A stretch of DNA of 64,000 nucleotides from Leptolyngbyaceae cyanobacterium (GTDB lineage Bacteria > Cyanobacteriota > Cyanobacteriia > Phormidesmidales > Phormidesmidaceae), in contig CBDHHL010000056.1 of NCBI GenBank assembly GCA_965263355.1, positions 896,001-960,000 on the forward strand. The letters are read 5' to 3'. The notes beneath the pieces were generated by a model. It was not told the DNA's origin, made no database searches, and saw nothing but the letters and a program-made list of their open reading frames with translations. A program made the position numbers and the translations under genes. This document shows positions 48,084-57,579 of this stretch, piece after piece (positions within the stretch are counted from its first letter, which is position 1; every line of letters begins with the position of its first letter).

Positions 48084-49898
48084 TTAATCTAGATTTACAG
48101 TCCTGGTACGCCGCAAAAGAATCGTTGAAATTTGTTCAATCTTTGACAACATCTGGTCAATAGTCTGAACAGACGTCACCATGGAATGAGACTCTTGTGT
48201 AGCCACTCGACTAGCCTGAGTAATACTACTTGTCTGTTCTTGCAGACTATCTATGGACGGCCACCGCTGCTCAATGGCTTTTAGTGTAATCACGTTTTTT
48301 GTGAGCTGTTGAACCAGAATATGTAGCTGACCTGTGTGCTGTTCAGTCGCTTTATGCTCTAGAGTAGTCGTCAATGACTGAACCTGTTGTTCTATCAATG
48401 CTAGCGTTTCTGCTGCATGGGCAGGTGCCCGTCGGAGTTCTCCATCTAAAGCTCGACCCATCGTATTGATGGCATCTAACTGAAGATCTATGGATTTGGA
48501 ACCACTCGCAATTCCTGTCACCAGCTGTTGCACTTTACGGATAAGGCTCTGCTGCTCACTGACCAATTGATCTAGTAGTCTGGCAAACTCTACAAACTGC
48601 TCTGAAACCTGATCAACCTGCAAGGTCTCTTTTTCGATTTTTTGCTCATGGCGACGAATTGTCTCTTCATTCAGATTGAGTTTTTCTAGCATATTGAAAA
48701 ATGCCAGGGACAGCTGATTGAGATCATCTTTTTCATCCCATTGAGCCAACAACATCGCATCGGTTTTAGCCAGCTGATTACACTGGTTAAGGACCGGCCT
48801 GAGACGATGATTCAGGCTACGGATAGCCAGAACAATTGCTGTTGAAAGCAGGACCACCATGAGCCCTGTTGCCGCTAAAGTAATTAATGCTAGCCGATTA
48901 AATACGGCGGAGTAAGGAACAAATCCTAATACGAGCCAATCCTGTCCAGGGACAACCGAATAGGCCCAGTAACCCGTTTCTCCCTCTAAAAATCCGGTGT
49001 CGTTGAGCTTAATGGTTTGCCAGAGATCCTTTAAATCAGGAATATCTTTATGGGTCTTTAAATTGTTTTCCGGATTGGCTGGATCGGCAATAATGTTCCC
49101 CTCATGGGTTAGCAATAGAAAAGACCCCTGCTGACGAAAGACAGGCTGATTGAGCAGGTTACTTAAATACTGACCATCAATATCTACTAGAGTTGTCCCC
49201 AACCAACGTCCGGTACTGTCAAATAAAGGTAGGTAATATGTCAGGAGCTGCTGTGCATTGGTCTCATAGGGCTCTGACCAAATAGCCCTCTGGGGTAAAA
49301 AGTAGTCCCGGTAGCGATCGCTGTCAGGATAAAATTCGCCAACGTCATCGGCAAAGTCTTCGTAACGTATTGATAATTGGCGGTTAGACGATTGAATTTC
49401 TGAGGAGTCACTTACGGCAGAGTCAACCGAGTAATAAGGAAACAGCCAAGGCTGATCAACAATTAAGCCATTTTCCCGTTGACCTAATCCAAGGCCAACG
49501 ACAGATTCTGGACGTTTTTCAAATAGCTGTAGCGTCAATTCTCGATACGTATCTGGATACTGCGCCTGCCGCTCATGGAGGGTAGTTACACTAATGCCAA
49601 GGCCATTGGCCAGGGTCTCAGCTGCTTTTGTTACAGATGCGATCGCATTGACCTGACCCTCCAAAGAACTGAGTACCTGGTCTTCAGCCTGATACTTGAC
49701 CATCTCACTAAATAGGAAGGCCATACCGCCGACACCGGTCAGAGCACCCAGCATAATCATCCAAAATAAACGACCACCAAAGGAGTTTAGCTGTAGCCAT
49801 CTCATCAGACGGTGCTTGAGATGGGACTTTTGAAATGTTTGATGAGTAATTTCAGAGGTAACGGATGCTTGAGCAGCACTCGATAATTTAGGACTCAT
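48084..49898 (-). CDS. Cache-domain membrane sensor, paralog 3
   Basis: Same architecture and shared blocks; YEDFADDVGEFYP is identical to paralog 1. Confidence 0.8.
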   Translation of the reverse strand: MSPKLSSAAQASVTSEITHQTFQKSHLKHRLMRWLQLNSFGGRLFWMIMLGALTGVGGMAFLFSEMVKYQAEDQVLSSLEGQVNAIASVTKAAETLANGLGISVTTLHERQAQYPDTYRELTLQLFEKRPESVVGLGLGQRENGLIVDQPWLFPYYSVDSAVSDSSEIQSSNRQLSIRYEDFADDVGEFYPDSDRYRDYFLPQRAIWSEPYETNAQQLLTYYLPLFDSTGRWLGTTLVDIDGQYLSNLLNQPVFRQQGSFLLLTHEGNIIADPANPENNLKTHKDIPDLKDLWQTIKLNDTGFLEGETGYWAYSVVPGQDWLVLGFVPYSAVFNRLALITLAATGLMVVLLSTAIVLAIRSLNHRLRPVLNQCNQLAKTDAMLLAQWDEKDDLNQLSLAFFNMLEKLNLNEETIRRHEQKIEKETLQVDQVSEQFVEFARLLDQLVSEQQSLIRKVQQLVTGIASGSKSIDLQLDAINTMGRALDGELRRAPAHAAETLALIEQQVQSLTTTLEHKATEQHTGQLHILVQQLTKNVITLKAIEQRWPSIDSLQEQTSSITQASRVATQESHSMVTSVQTIDQMLSKIEQISTILLRRTRTVNLD

Positions 49899-50324
49899 AA
49901 CGGCGACACAATAAAAACAAATAAGGACACAAAAAATTAAGTGCTGATGAAAGATATGCTGAACAATAATCAGACATTTTTGCGTATCTACTTCTCAGAG
50001 AAAAATCTGTCAAACCAGCGTGTAAAATACTTTTTTGTGGATTAATAGAACCTGTAAAACTAATCACAACAATACCTACGGTTATTACATAATGGCACTA
50101 TTGCTGATGCCAATCAGCGTCATTGTGGGCACCTTCGTGGCAACTTCACCAGATCAATACTCGAACTTCAAAGATTCATGGGCAGTATTGGCAAAACTTT
50201 AAGAGAAAACTCCCTGGCATAGCTCTCTCTTAAAAAACTAATTGAGATTTTTTATGGAACAATTGGTTTGCATAAAGTGTCGCTAGGCATGTAATAACCT
50301 GTAAGAACAGGAATTAAAGCTTCT

Positions 50325-51041
50325 ATGAAGCCCACTCACCCCTACCAACCTTTTCTCCTACGATTTTTGCATGGGCTGACTGGACTGTTTCTACTGTTGG
50401 CAGTTCTGAGTGCCTTTTGGACCTACAACACCTACGACGGTCGTTGGGGAACTGTTCCGCTGCCTGCGTATAAAGCCATTGAAGGTATCCATGGCACCTT
50501 TGGGTTATATACATTATTGATCTTTCCGGTGTTTGTTTTCTACGCGTTTAATCGAGGAAAACGTCGTCTAGTGTCACCAGAGTCATTAACAACATTAACC
50601 CACCAAATTGGTAAACCTAATTGGTGGTACACGCTTAGCCGCTGTGTTAATACGCTTACCCTAGTGGCACTCACCTTTGCGCTTTTTAGCGGCAAGATGA
50701 TGGATGAGCAATGGCTACCCAACGGTGAACTGGAGCATTTTTGGTATTATGGTCATCTGATTTCCTGGGTAGTCATAGGTATTGCGATCGCTCTGCATTT
50801 GCTAATGAATGCAAAGATCGGCGGTGTTCCTTTTCTCCTCTCCATGATGACTTGGAAGTTTCGCGCCCAAGATAGCCCTAGACTTTGGCAGAACCATATT
50901 GCAAACTGGTGGTCTACTTTCCAGCCAGATACCTGGTTAGATTGGAGACGTATACTTGCCACGCGACCCAAGCTAGAAATCGCCATTTGGAGTAGCCTCA
51001 TCGCCGCTTGGTTGATTTCCCTATCTAAGGAACTTGTTTAG
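50325..51041 (+). CDS. Cytochrome b/b6-like di-heme membrane protein (Ni-hydrogenase cytochrome b type)
   Basis: Four TM helices with His ligands (RFLHG, IHGTFG, GHLISW, ALHL). Confidence 0.75.
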   Translation: MKPTHPYQPFLLRFLHGLTGLFLLLAVLSAFWTYNTYDGRWGTVPLPAYKAIEGIHGTFGLYTLLIFPVFVFYAFNRGKRRLVSPESLTTLTHQIGKPNWWYTLSRCVNTLTLVALTFALFSGKMMDEQWLPNGELEHFWYYGHLISWVVIGIAIALHLLMNAKIGGVPFLLSMMTWKFRAQDSPRLWQNHIANWWSTFQPDTWLDWRRILATRPKLEIAIWSSLIAAWLISLSKELV

Positions 51042-51183
51042 GGATCTGCCAAGAAAAATCCCTGGCTTAGATAGGTGAAAGGATAAAGGGTAAAGAGTAG
51101 GGGCTATCCGGTTAGTATGCTATTTACCTACGGGTCCCTTAGTACAGTATCGAGCTATAAATTTAATCCTAATTATCCGAAAC

Positions 51184-51281
51184 CCTGGCTACCGGCTCCT
51201 GATATTGCAGGGCATCCACAAGGGAATGCCCCTACATGATTGTTCATTTCGAATCGGGGTTAATGAACTCGGATTTGGTAT
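51184..51281. repeat. Dispersed ~100-bp intergenic repeat (MITE/REP-like), copy 2
   Basis: Homologous to 38393-38490, same orientation. Confidence 0.75.
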
Positions 51282-51469
51282 TACACCTGATCTTTAAAGG
51301 TGTCTACGTAAAATGACCACAAAGGGATATACCCTAGATCTGGCTCTATTGCCGAGTAGATGTGGCTGGTTAACCACGCTCATCTACTGCCGAGCGTAGT
51401 GTAGGTCACATCCTCTTAGGAGCTGGGTGGCCCCATTAACTCAATAAACATATTGTTAGGAGCAGAATT

Positions 51470-51919
51470 GTGGAACGCACTTTCATTATGATCAAGCCTG
51501 ACGGTGTTCAGCGTGGCCTGATCGGCGAAATTATTAGCCGTTTTGAAACCAAGGGCTTTAACCTAGTAGGTATGAAGTTCATGGCCGTTTCCCGTGAACT
51601 GGCAGAAAAGCACTATGCCGTTCATAAAGAGCGTCCCTTCTTTGGTAGTCTGGTCGAATTCATCACCTCTAGCCCCGTGGTTGCGATGGTTTGGGAAGGT
51701 GAAGGTGTGGTGGGTTCTGCCCGTACCCTAATCGGGGCAACTAACCCCATTAGCTCTGCCCCCGGCACTATCCGCGGCGACTACGGTGTTACCATTGGTC
51801 GCAATATTATCCATGGTTCTGACGCCATTGAAACGGCACAGACTGAAATTGCTCTGTGGTTCACTGCTGAGGAGCTAGCTGATTGGGAATCCTGCGCTAA
51901 GAGCTGGATCTACGAGTAA
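51470..51919 (+). CDS. ndk: Nucleoside diphosphate kinase
   Basis: [31 protein letters not shown] (phospho-His). GTG start after a taggag RBS. Confidence 0.98.
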   Translation: MERTFIMIKPDGVQRGLIGEIISRFETKGFNLVGMKFMAVSRELAEKHYAVHKERPFFGSLVEFITSSPVVAMVWEGEGVVGSARTLIGATNPISSAPGTIRGDYGVTIGRNIIHGSDAIETAQTEIALWFTAEELADWESCAKSWIYE

Positions 51920-51994
51920 CCCCATTCCGATATAGCAAAATGGTCTAAAGCATTAGACCTGTATCCATCAGCATCATCTGCTGGTGCTTAGTTG

Positions 51995-52029
51995 ATAAAA
52001 CCGTGGTTGAGTCTTAACCACGGTTTTAT
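51995..52029. terminator. Bidirectional intrinsic terminator between ndk and the convergent gene
   Basis: ataaaaccgtggtt-7 nt-aaccacggttttat, a perfect 14-bp stem with A/T tails. Confidence 0.8.
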
Positions 52030-52180
52030 TCGTTTGAAATCCATCGTTTTAATCTATGGACTAACAACAACAATCTAGCCATTGGTAGACAGTGATTGGT
52101 CTGACAACGAAACAATCACCGTTTTACTGATGTTCACCCTACCCATTGCCTATTTTGTCGAGGGTGCTCTTTAGCAGGCG

Positions 52181-52879
52181 TTAATCATACAAAACATCCA
52201 TTAGAAAGGTTGCCAGATCATGGCTAACAATCTGTTGAATGGGTTTGTGATCAACGATGTCAAACTTTGCGCCGTTCTCTCGTAAATTATTGTCCAGGGT
52301 GACTAAAAATCCTTTTGTAATATAGTCATCCCCTACCTGGACCCAGCCAATACCCAATTCATCGTTGTGATCCAGTTTTTGGGATGCTGTGACGATTTGT
52401 TTTGCGATCGCAAGCCGATCTGTCGGCTCATTGTCGAGCAAAATCAAAATAATCTCTCCATTGGCAGGTTGTTGACCAGCGGCCCGCTCAACAAAATACT
52501 GTTCCAGAACTCTCTTTAACACTGGAGCCAATGCCAATTTCTCAGGCATGGGAGCGGTATCCATAAGAGAGACTAAATTCTCAATATTTACATTTTGATG
52601 AGCTTGAAACCCATCTTCATCAGGACAATAAACCGTTAACCCATTTGGTGCTAGGGTATGACACTGTGCAGCAATTTCTAAAATTTGGCTCCGGGCCTGT
52701 TGCCAACGCTGCTCAAATCCAGGTGTCATGCCTAACCGCTGGAGCTGGGTAGGCGCATAAATTAACGTGTAATTACGGTTATGTAGCTGAGCAGGTAGAG
52801 CGGTATTTGTAGGTATCATCCAGTATCTCCCCCTTTTATCATAATTTTCCAAATTTTTGTCAGGATATCCTTCGGGCAT
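52181..52879 (-). CDS. vWA-domain-like protein with degenerate MIDAS motif
   Basis: RNYTLI, GLTVY, GEIILILLDNEP, ELGIGWVQVGDD, LDNNL..GAKFDIVD match the cyanobacterial vWA family, but DxSxS is absent. Confidence 0.7.
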   Translation of the reverse strand: MPEGYPDKNLENYDKRGRYWMIPTNTALPAQLHNRNYTLIYAPTQLQRLGMTPGFEQRWQQARSQILEIAAQCHTLAPNGLTVYCPDEDGFQAHQNVNIENLVSLMDTAPMPEKLALAPVLKRVLEQYFVERAAGQQPANGEIILILLDNEPTDRLAIAKQIVTASQKLDHNDELGIGWVQVGDDYITKGFLVTLDNNLRENGAKFDIVDHKPIQQIVSHDLATFLMDVLYD

Positions 52880-52927
52880 TATCGGGTGGGCATTTTTGAT
52901 TATTCTTATTGCCCCATGGGCTATTTG

Positions 52928-53443
52928 TTATGCCCAATTCTCTACTGTTAATGCCCAGCGTTGATGGTCACGCCATTTCCCATTGATTTTTAGATATTGT
53001 CGTGAGAACCCTTCGTTGGTAAATCCCAGTCGCTTGACGAGATTAATAGATGCACTATTGCCCGATTGAATATTTGCTTCGACACGGTGAAGCTTGAGGG
53101 TGCTAAAGGCAAGGTTAAGTACCAGCCTCAATCCCTCTGTCATCAACCCCTGACCAGCATAATCCACACTGCCATAGTAACCTAAATAAGCATTTTGAAA
53201 GCTACCGTAAAAAATTTGGCTTAAGTTCGCTACACCTACCAAGCGATGGTCAACAGCATGCCATATCAGTAATCCTTCAAACGGTGCCGTTTGACAACGA
53301 TGGATATAGCGCTGACAGCCTTGCTTATCTTTGGCAGGGTCTGCCCAAGGATAATGATAGTCAGCGCTACGCTGGTGTAAATCCAGCAGCACTGACCAAT
53401 CCGCATCGACAGGGGGACGAATGTAAACACGCGGGAGTATCAT
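52928..53443 (-). CDS. GNAT N-acetyltransferase, RimJ/RimL family
   Basis: NAYLGY, AGQGLMTE, LHRVEANI, NSASINL, GFTNEG, WRDH. Confidence 0.92.
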   Translation of the reverse strand: MILPRVYIRPPVDADWSVLLDLHQRSADYHYPWADPAKDKQGCQRYIHRCQTAPFEGLLIWHAVDHRLVGVANLSQIFYGSFQNAYLGYYGSVDYAGQGLMTEGLRLVLNLAFSTLKLHRVEANIQSGNSASINLVKRLGFTNEGFSRQYLKINGKWRDHQRWALTVENWA

Positions 53444-53669
53444 AGGAATTGCAAATGATTTCAGTAGCAGTCATCGAGTCTTTATAGAGTTCAATGCCAG
53501 CATCGGTCTTTTGACTCGGTAAAGCTATCCTCCAAAAGAAGCAAATAGTAAAAAGTAGAGGCATTTCCTTTGGACACCTCTACAGGTTGAAAAGGAAATG
53601 CCTTACGGAAAGATGCCTGATATCAAATGTTATGCTTCCCTCAACATAACCAGGGGCTTACGTCGATAA

Positions 53670-56597
53670 TTACAGCATCACAAAGTCACTAATATCGACT
53701 TGGCTGACCGTTGTTTGCTTGAGTAAAGCTAGCTGCTTATCGGTTGCAGCTATGCTAAGTAGTACATCGTCATCCTTTTGATTAACAGACAGTTGCCCAA
53801 ACGTCAGAGCACCATTAAGCACAAACTTATCTTGACCGTCTTGATAGTCGAGAATGGTATTTAGACCATTATCAATTGCTAAGATAAAACGATCATTGCC
53901 AGGCCCACCTTTTAACTCATCGTTACCAGGCCCACCGTCTAATAAGTCGTCGCCCCAGTTACCAAATAAATGATCATCACCAGTATTTCCTTCGAGACGA
54001 TCATCACCCCAATTGCCAAAAATTTCATCATCACCCAATCCGCCTATAAGGTCATCATCACCCCAATGACCAAGAATTCGATCATCACCAGCTAGACCGT
54101 CAATCGTATCATCGGCAGGGGTTCCCTCTAGGAAATCATCATCATTATCAGTGCCCAAGATTGTATCGTCAGAAAGTACCTGAAGCTCAAAAATGTCAGA
54201 TACTGTTTCTCCTTCATTATCGGTTGCAATAACTTCGATAGAGAAAGTACCCAGTTCACCAACTGTTGGCGTTCCAAACAAGGCTAAAGCAAAGATACTT
54301 GTAGTGAAAGTAAGCCAATCAGGTAACGGGTCGCCATTCTCTAGGGTAGCATTCAACGTTAGAGTATGGTTAGGATCAACACCATCATCCACATCCTGGA
54401 AATAGACATCTGTAGGAATGATAAAGGTAAATGATTGGTTAACAATGGCTGCTTGATCAGGCAGTTCGGTTTCTAATGTGGGTGCATCGTTAGTATTGTT
54501 AACTGTTAAATCGAAGGTTGTACCGACCACGCCTCCATTGCCATCACTTGAGGTTACCGTAATCGGTATGGCACCAACATCGTCATTCTCTGGGGTTCCA
54601 CTAAACGTGCGCGATTGTTCATCAAACATAAGCCAATCTGGCAGAGGTGTTGTTGTATAGGTTAATATGTCGCCATCAGCGTCGTTAAATGTGTCTGTAG
54701 CAAATTGAAATTCAAACAGAGTATCTTCATCTGCAATTTGATCTGGTATTGGGTTTACAAGAGTAGGTGGATTATTGTCTGAATCCGAAGTCTCATAAAG
54801 ACTCAATGTATATTCACCTGTATCATTACCGCCAATATCACTGACCATAAGCGAGTAAGTCCCCGTTTGGTCCAGGTCAAAGTCTTGCAACAGTGCATTG
54901 CCGATGCCTCCATTTTCCGGTTGCACTTCAATAGCAAGGCTCCCGTCTGGATTATAGAGACGGAACTGAGAAGCTTGCAGAATACTGAAATCATTGAGTT
55001 GTAGAGTGATGATATCGCCTTCAGTCCCATTGAAGGTGTAATGGTCTAAATCACTGGCAACCTCCAAACTACTTTCAATACTCTCCCCATAATTGATCGG
55101 TACTGAATTACCAGGGGTATTGACACTCTCTAGCGTAAAAACATAATCGCCTGTATCATTACCGCCAACATCACTGACCATAAGCGAGTAAGTCCCCGTT
55201 TGGTCCAGGTCAAAGTCTTGCAACAGTGCATTGCCGATGCCTCCATTTTCCGGTTGCACTTCAATAGCAAGGCTCCCGTCTGGATTATAGAGACGGAACT
55301 GAGAAGCTTGCAGAATACTGAAATCATTGAGTTGTAGAGTGATGATATCGCCTTCAGTCCCATTGAAGGTGTAATGGTCTAAATCACTGGCAACCTCCAA
55401 ACTACTTTCAATACTCTCCCCATAATTGATCGGTACTGAATTACCAGGGGTATTGACACTCTCTAGCGTAAAAACATAATCGCCTGTATCATTACCGCCA
55501 ACATCACTGACCATAAGCGAGTAAGTCCCCGTTTGGTCCAGGTCAAAGTCTTGCAACAGTGCATTGCCGATGCCTCCATTTTCCGGTTGCACTTCAATAG
55601 CAAGGCTCCCGTCTGGATTATAGAGACGGAACTGAGAAGCTTGCAGAATACTGAAATCATTGAGTTGTAGAGTGATGATATCGCCTTCAGTCCCATTGAA
55701 GGTGTAATGGTCTAAATCACTGGCAACCTCCAAACTACTTTCAATACTCTCCCCATAATTGATCGGTACTGAATTACCAGGGGTATTGACACTCTCTAGC
55801 GTAAAAACATAATCGCCTGTATCATTACCGCCAACATCACTGACCATAAGCGAGTAAGTCCCCGTTTGGTCCAAGTAAAAGTCTTGCAACAGTGCATTGC
55901 CGATGCCTCCATTTTCCGGTTGCACTTCAATAGCAAGGCTCCCGTCTGGATTATAGAGACGGAACTGAGAAGCTTGCAGAATACTGAAATCATTGAGTTG
56001 TAGAGTGATGATATCGCCTTCAGTCCCATTGAAGGTGTAATGGTCTAAATCACTGGCAACCTCCAAACTACTTTCAATACTCTCTCCATAACTGATTGGT
56101 ACTGAATTACCAGGGGTATTGACACTCTCTAGCGTAAAAACATAATCGCCTGTATCATTACCGCCAACATCACTGACCATAAGCAAGTAAGTCCCCGTTT
56201 GGTCGAGGTCAAAGTCTTGTAACAGTGCATTGCCGATACCTCCATTTTCCGGTTGCACTTCGATGGCAAGGCTCCCGTCTGGATTATAGAGATGAAACTG
56301 AGAAGCTTGCAGGATACTAAAATCGTTAAGCTGTAGAGTGATAATGTCATCTGCTGTCCCTTCAAAGATGTAATAATCTTCTTCTCCTGGAAAATCAATG
56401 GCATTATTAGACACACTTTGGCCATACTCTACAGTTTCAGAATCTTGATTAGTTGTTGAAGCAATGGTGTCTGCTTCAAACAAACCTATGTCCACATTGA
56501 CTAATTTTTGAGATGTTTTATTCAAATAGATAGCCTTATTCAAAGTATTCAGACTCTCTTCAGCAGTTAAAAACGTCCAAAACAAGCGGTCAGACAT
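53670..56597 (-). CDS. Secreted RTX-type Ca-binding protein with five tandem PPC-like domains and two cadherin-like/Ig (He_PIG) domains
   Basis: Five ~111-aa repeats (D.Y.F.GT.GD.ITL...GTY.L.V); LPDWL.F...FSGTP cadherin-like domains; C-terminal GGxGxDxL nonapeptides and a T1SS-type tail. Confidence 0.88.
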   Translation of the reverse strand: MSDRLFWTFLTAEESLNTLNKAIYLNKTSQKLVNVDIGLFEADTIASTTNQDSETVEYGQSVSNNAIDFPGEEDYYIFEGTADDIITLQLNDFSILQASQFHLYNPDGSLAIEVQPENGGIGNALLQDFDLDQTGTYLLMVSDVGGNDTGDYVFTLESVNTPGNSVPISYGESIESSLEVASDLDHYTFNGTEGDIITLQLNDFSILQASQFRLYNPDGSLAIEVQPENGGIGNALLQDFYLDQTGTYSLMVSDVGGNDTGDYVFTLESVNTPGNSVPINYGESIESSLEVASDLDHYTFNGTEGDIITLQLNDFSILQASQFRLYNPDGSLAIEVQPENGGIGNALLQDFDLDQTGTYSLMVSDVGGNDTGDYVFTLESVNTPGNSVPINYGESIESSLEVASDLDHYTFNGTEGDIITLQLNDFSILQASQFRLYNPDGSLAIEVQPENGGIGNALLQDFDLDQTGTYSLMVSDVGGNDTGDYVFTLESVNTPGNSVPINYGESIESSLEVASDLDHYTFNGTEGDIITLQLNDFSILQASQFRLYNPDGSLAIEVQPENGGIGNALLQDFDLDQTGTYSLMVSDIGGNDTGEYTLSLYETSDSDNNPPTLVNPIPDQIADEDTLFEFQFATDTFNDADGDILTYTTTPLPDWLMFDEQSRTFSGTPENDDVGAIPITVTSSDGNGGVVGTTFDLTVNNTNDAPTLETELPDQAAIVNQSFTFIIPTDVYFQDVDDGVDPNHTLTLNATLENGDPLPDWLTFTTSIFALALFGTPTVGELGTFSIEVIATDNEGETVSDIFELQVLSDDTILGTDNDDDFLEGTPADDTIDGLAGDDRILGHWGDDDLIGGLGDDEIFGNWGDDRLEGNTGDDHLFGNWGDDLLDGGPGNDELKGGPGNDRFILAIDNGLNTILDYQDGQDKFVLNGALTFGQLSVNQKDDDVLLSIAATDKQLALLKQTTVSQVDISDFVML
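54817..56430. repeat. Intragenic tandem array, 333-bp unit, about 5 copies
   Basis: cctgtatcattaccgccaa recurs at 54817, 55150, 55483, 55816 and 56149. Inner copies are nearly identical. Confidence 0.95.
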
Positions 56598-57088
56598 ATT
56601 ATTTCTCCAAATGGTAGATACTGAGATCGAAGATAAAACTTACCGTCCCCAAAACAACACTCTGTTGGCGCATGGCAGTAGTTCGATGCCTAGGCACCGA
56701 ACTAACATAATTCAACCACTACCCCAAAGACTAATTTGCTAAGATCTCTGGCTAATCAAATACAAAATATGTCTGACTATCTTAAGGATATGCAAAAATC
56801 ATATGCTCTGCCTTAAAAGGCTTGATTTTTCGTTTCCCTTGTATCAGCTTTTTACAAAGCTATGTAAATTAGCCTATTTCTATCATTTCTTTTTGCAAAT
56901 ACACATATTTTCAGCCAATAGTCAAGAATTTGAGCCAAAGAGACAACAGTGTATATTTAAATTCAACCGATTAAGGACTCTGCAGTATGCCGAGAATACC
57001 TCAAATCCATTCAGCAGCAGAGTCCCCTGGAACAATTAATTCACTTTTTCAGAACCAACCTATGGGTTATTAACCGATGTCTTTCATT

Positions 57089-57490
57089 TTAAAGGCCCAT
57101 TGCTTGTCTCACATCTGCCATAAATTGTGACTCAGACTGCACGATACCATCAGACTCTAACAGCTCTTGGAGAGAATCAATGGCAGTTTGCTTAAAGTTG
57201 CCATCCCCTAGACGCTGGGAAATATCTTGCAGAAATGTTGCACGTTCTGGAGCATCATTGGTGGCCGAACGCACCTTGGGAATGACTCGCTGCAGATAGC
57301 TACTAAACGAAATGCCAGATTCCCACGATAGCTTGTCAAACTCAGCATTCAAAAAGTCCTGTTCATTGATGGACAGCTTCGAATCTGAATACATTCCCAG
57401 CAGGCACAAGTCGACCATGGCCTCCCGTTGAGGCTGGCTGATGCCCTCAGGTTGCTGACTAAACAATTTTTGAAATAAGGCTTGCATCAA
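57089..57490 (-). CDS. TerB-like (tellurite-resistance family) protein
   Basis: Two repeats of the (A/S)DG-x-x-x-x-E motif (MYSDSKLSINEQ; ESDGIVQSES) in a short helical protein. Confidence 0.65.
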   Translation of the reverse strand: MMQALFQKLFSQQPEGISQPQREAMVDLCLLGMYSDSKLSINEQDFLNAEFDKLSWESGISFSSYLQRVIPKVRSATNDAPERATFLQDISQRLGDGNFKQTAIDSLQELLESDGIVQSESQFMADVRQAMGL

Positions 57491-57579
57491 ATCCTCCCGA
57501 ATTATCTGAAGATGCTGAAAATATGCCCAAGGTTAGTAATACAAGCCCAGATATCAAATTTCGTGTTCTTGTAAACACA

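Noticed and set aside
45670..50095. Loose cgt/ggt-(a/t)n-atac motifs upstream of the Cache receptor genes
   Set aside because: Too degenerate and variably spaced to separate from AT-rich background.
54803..56425. Repeated 75-98 aa ORFs (MGLKAISS...) and a possible CRISPR-like periodicity
   Set aside because: Alternate-frame echoes of the 333-bp coding repeat; no unique spacers.
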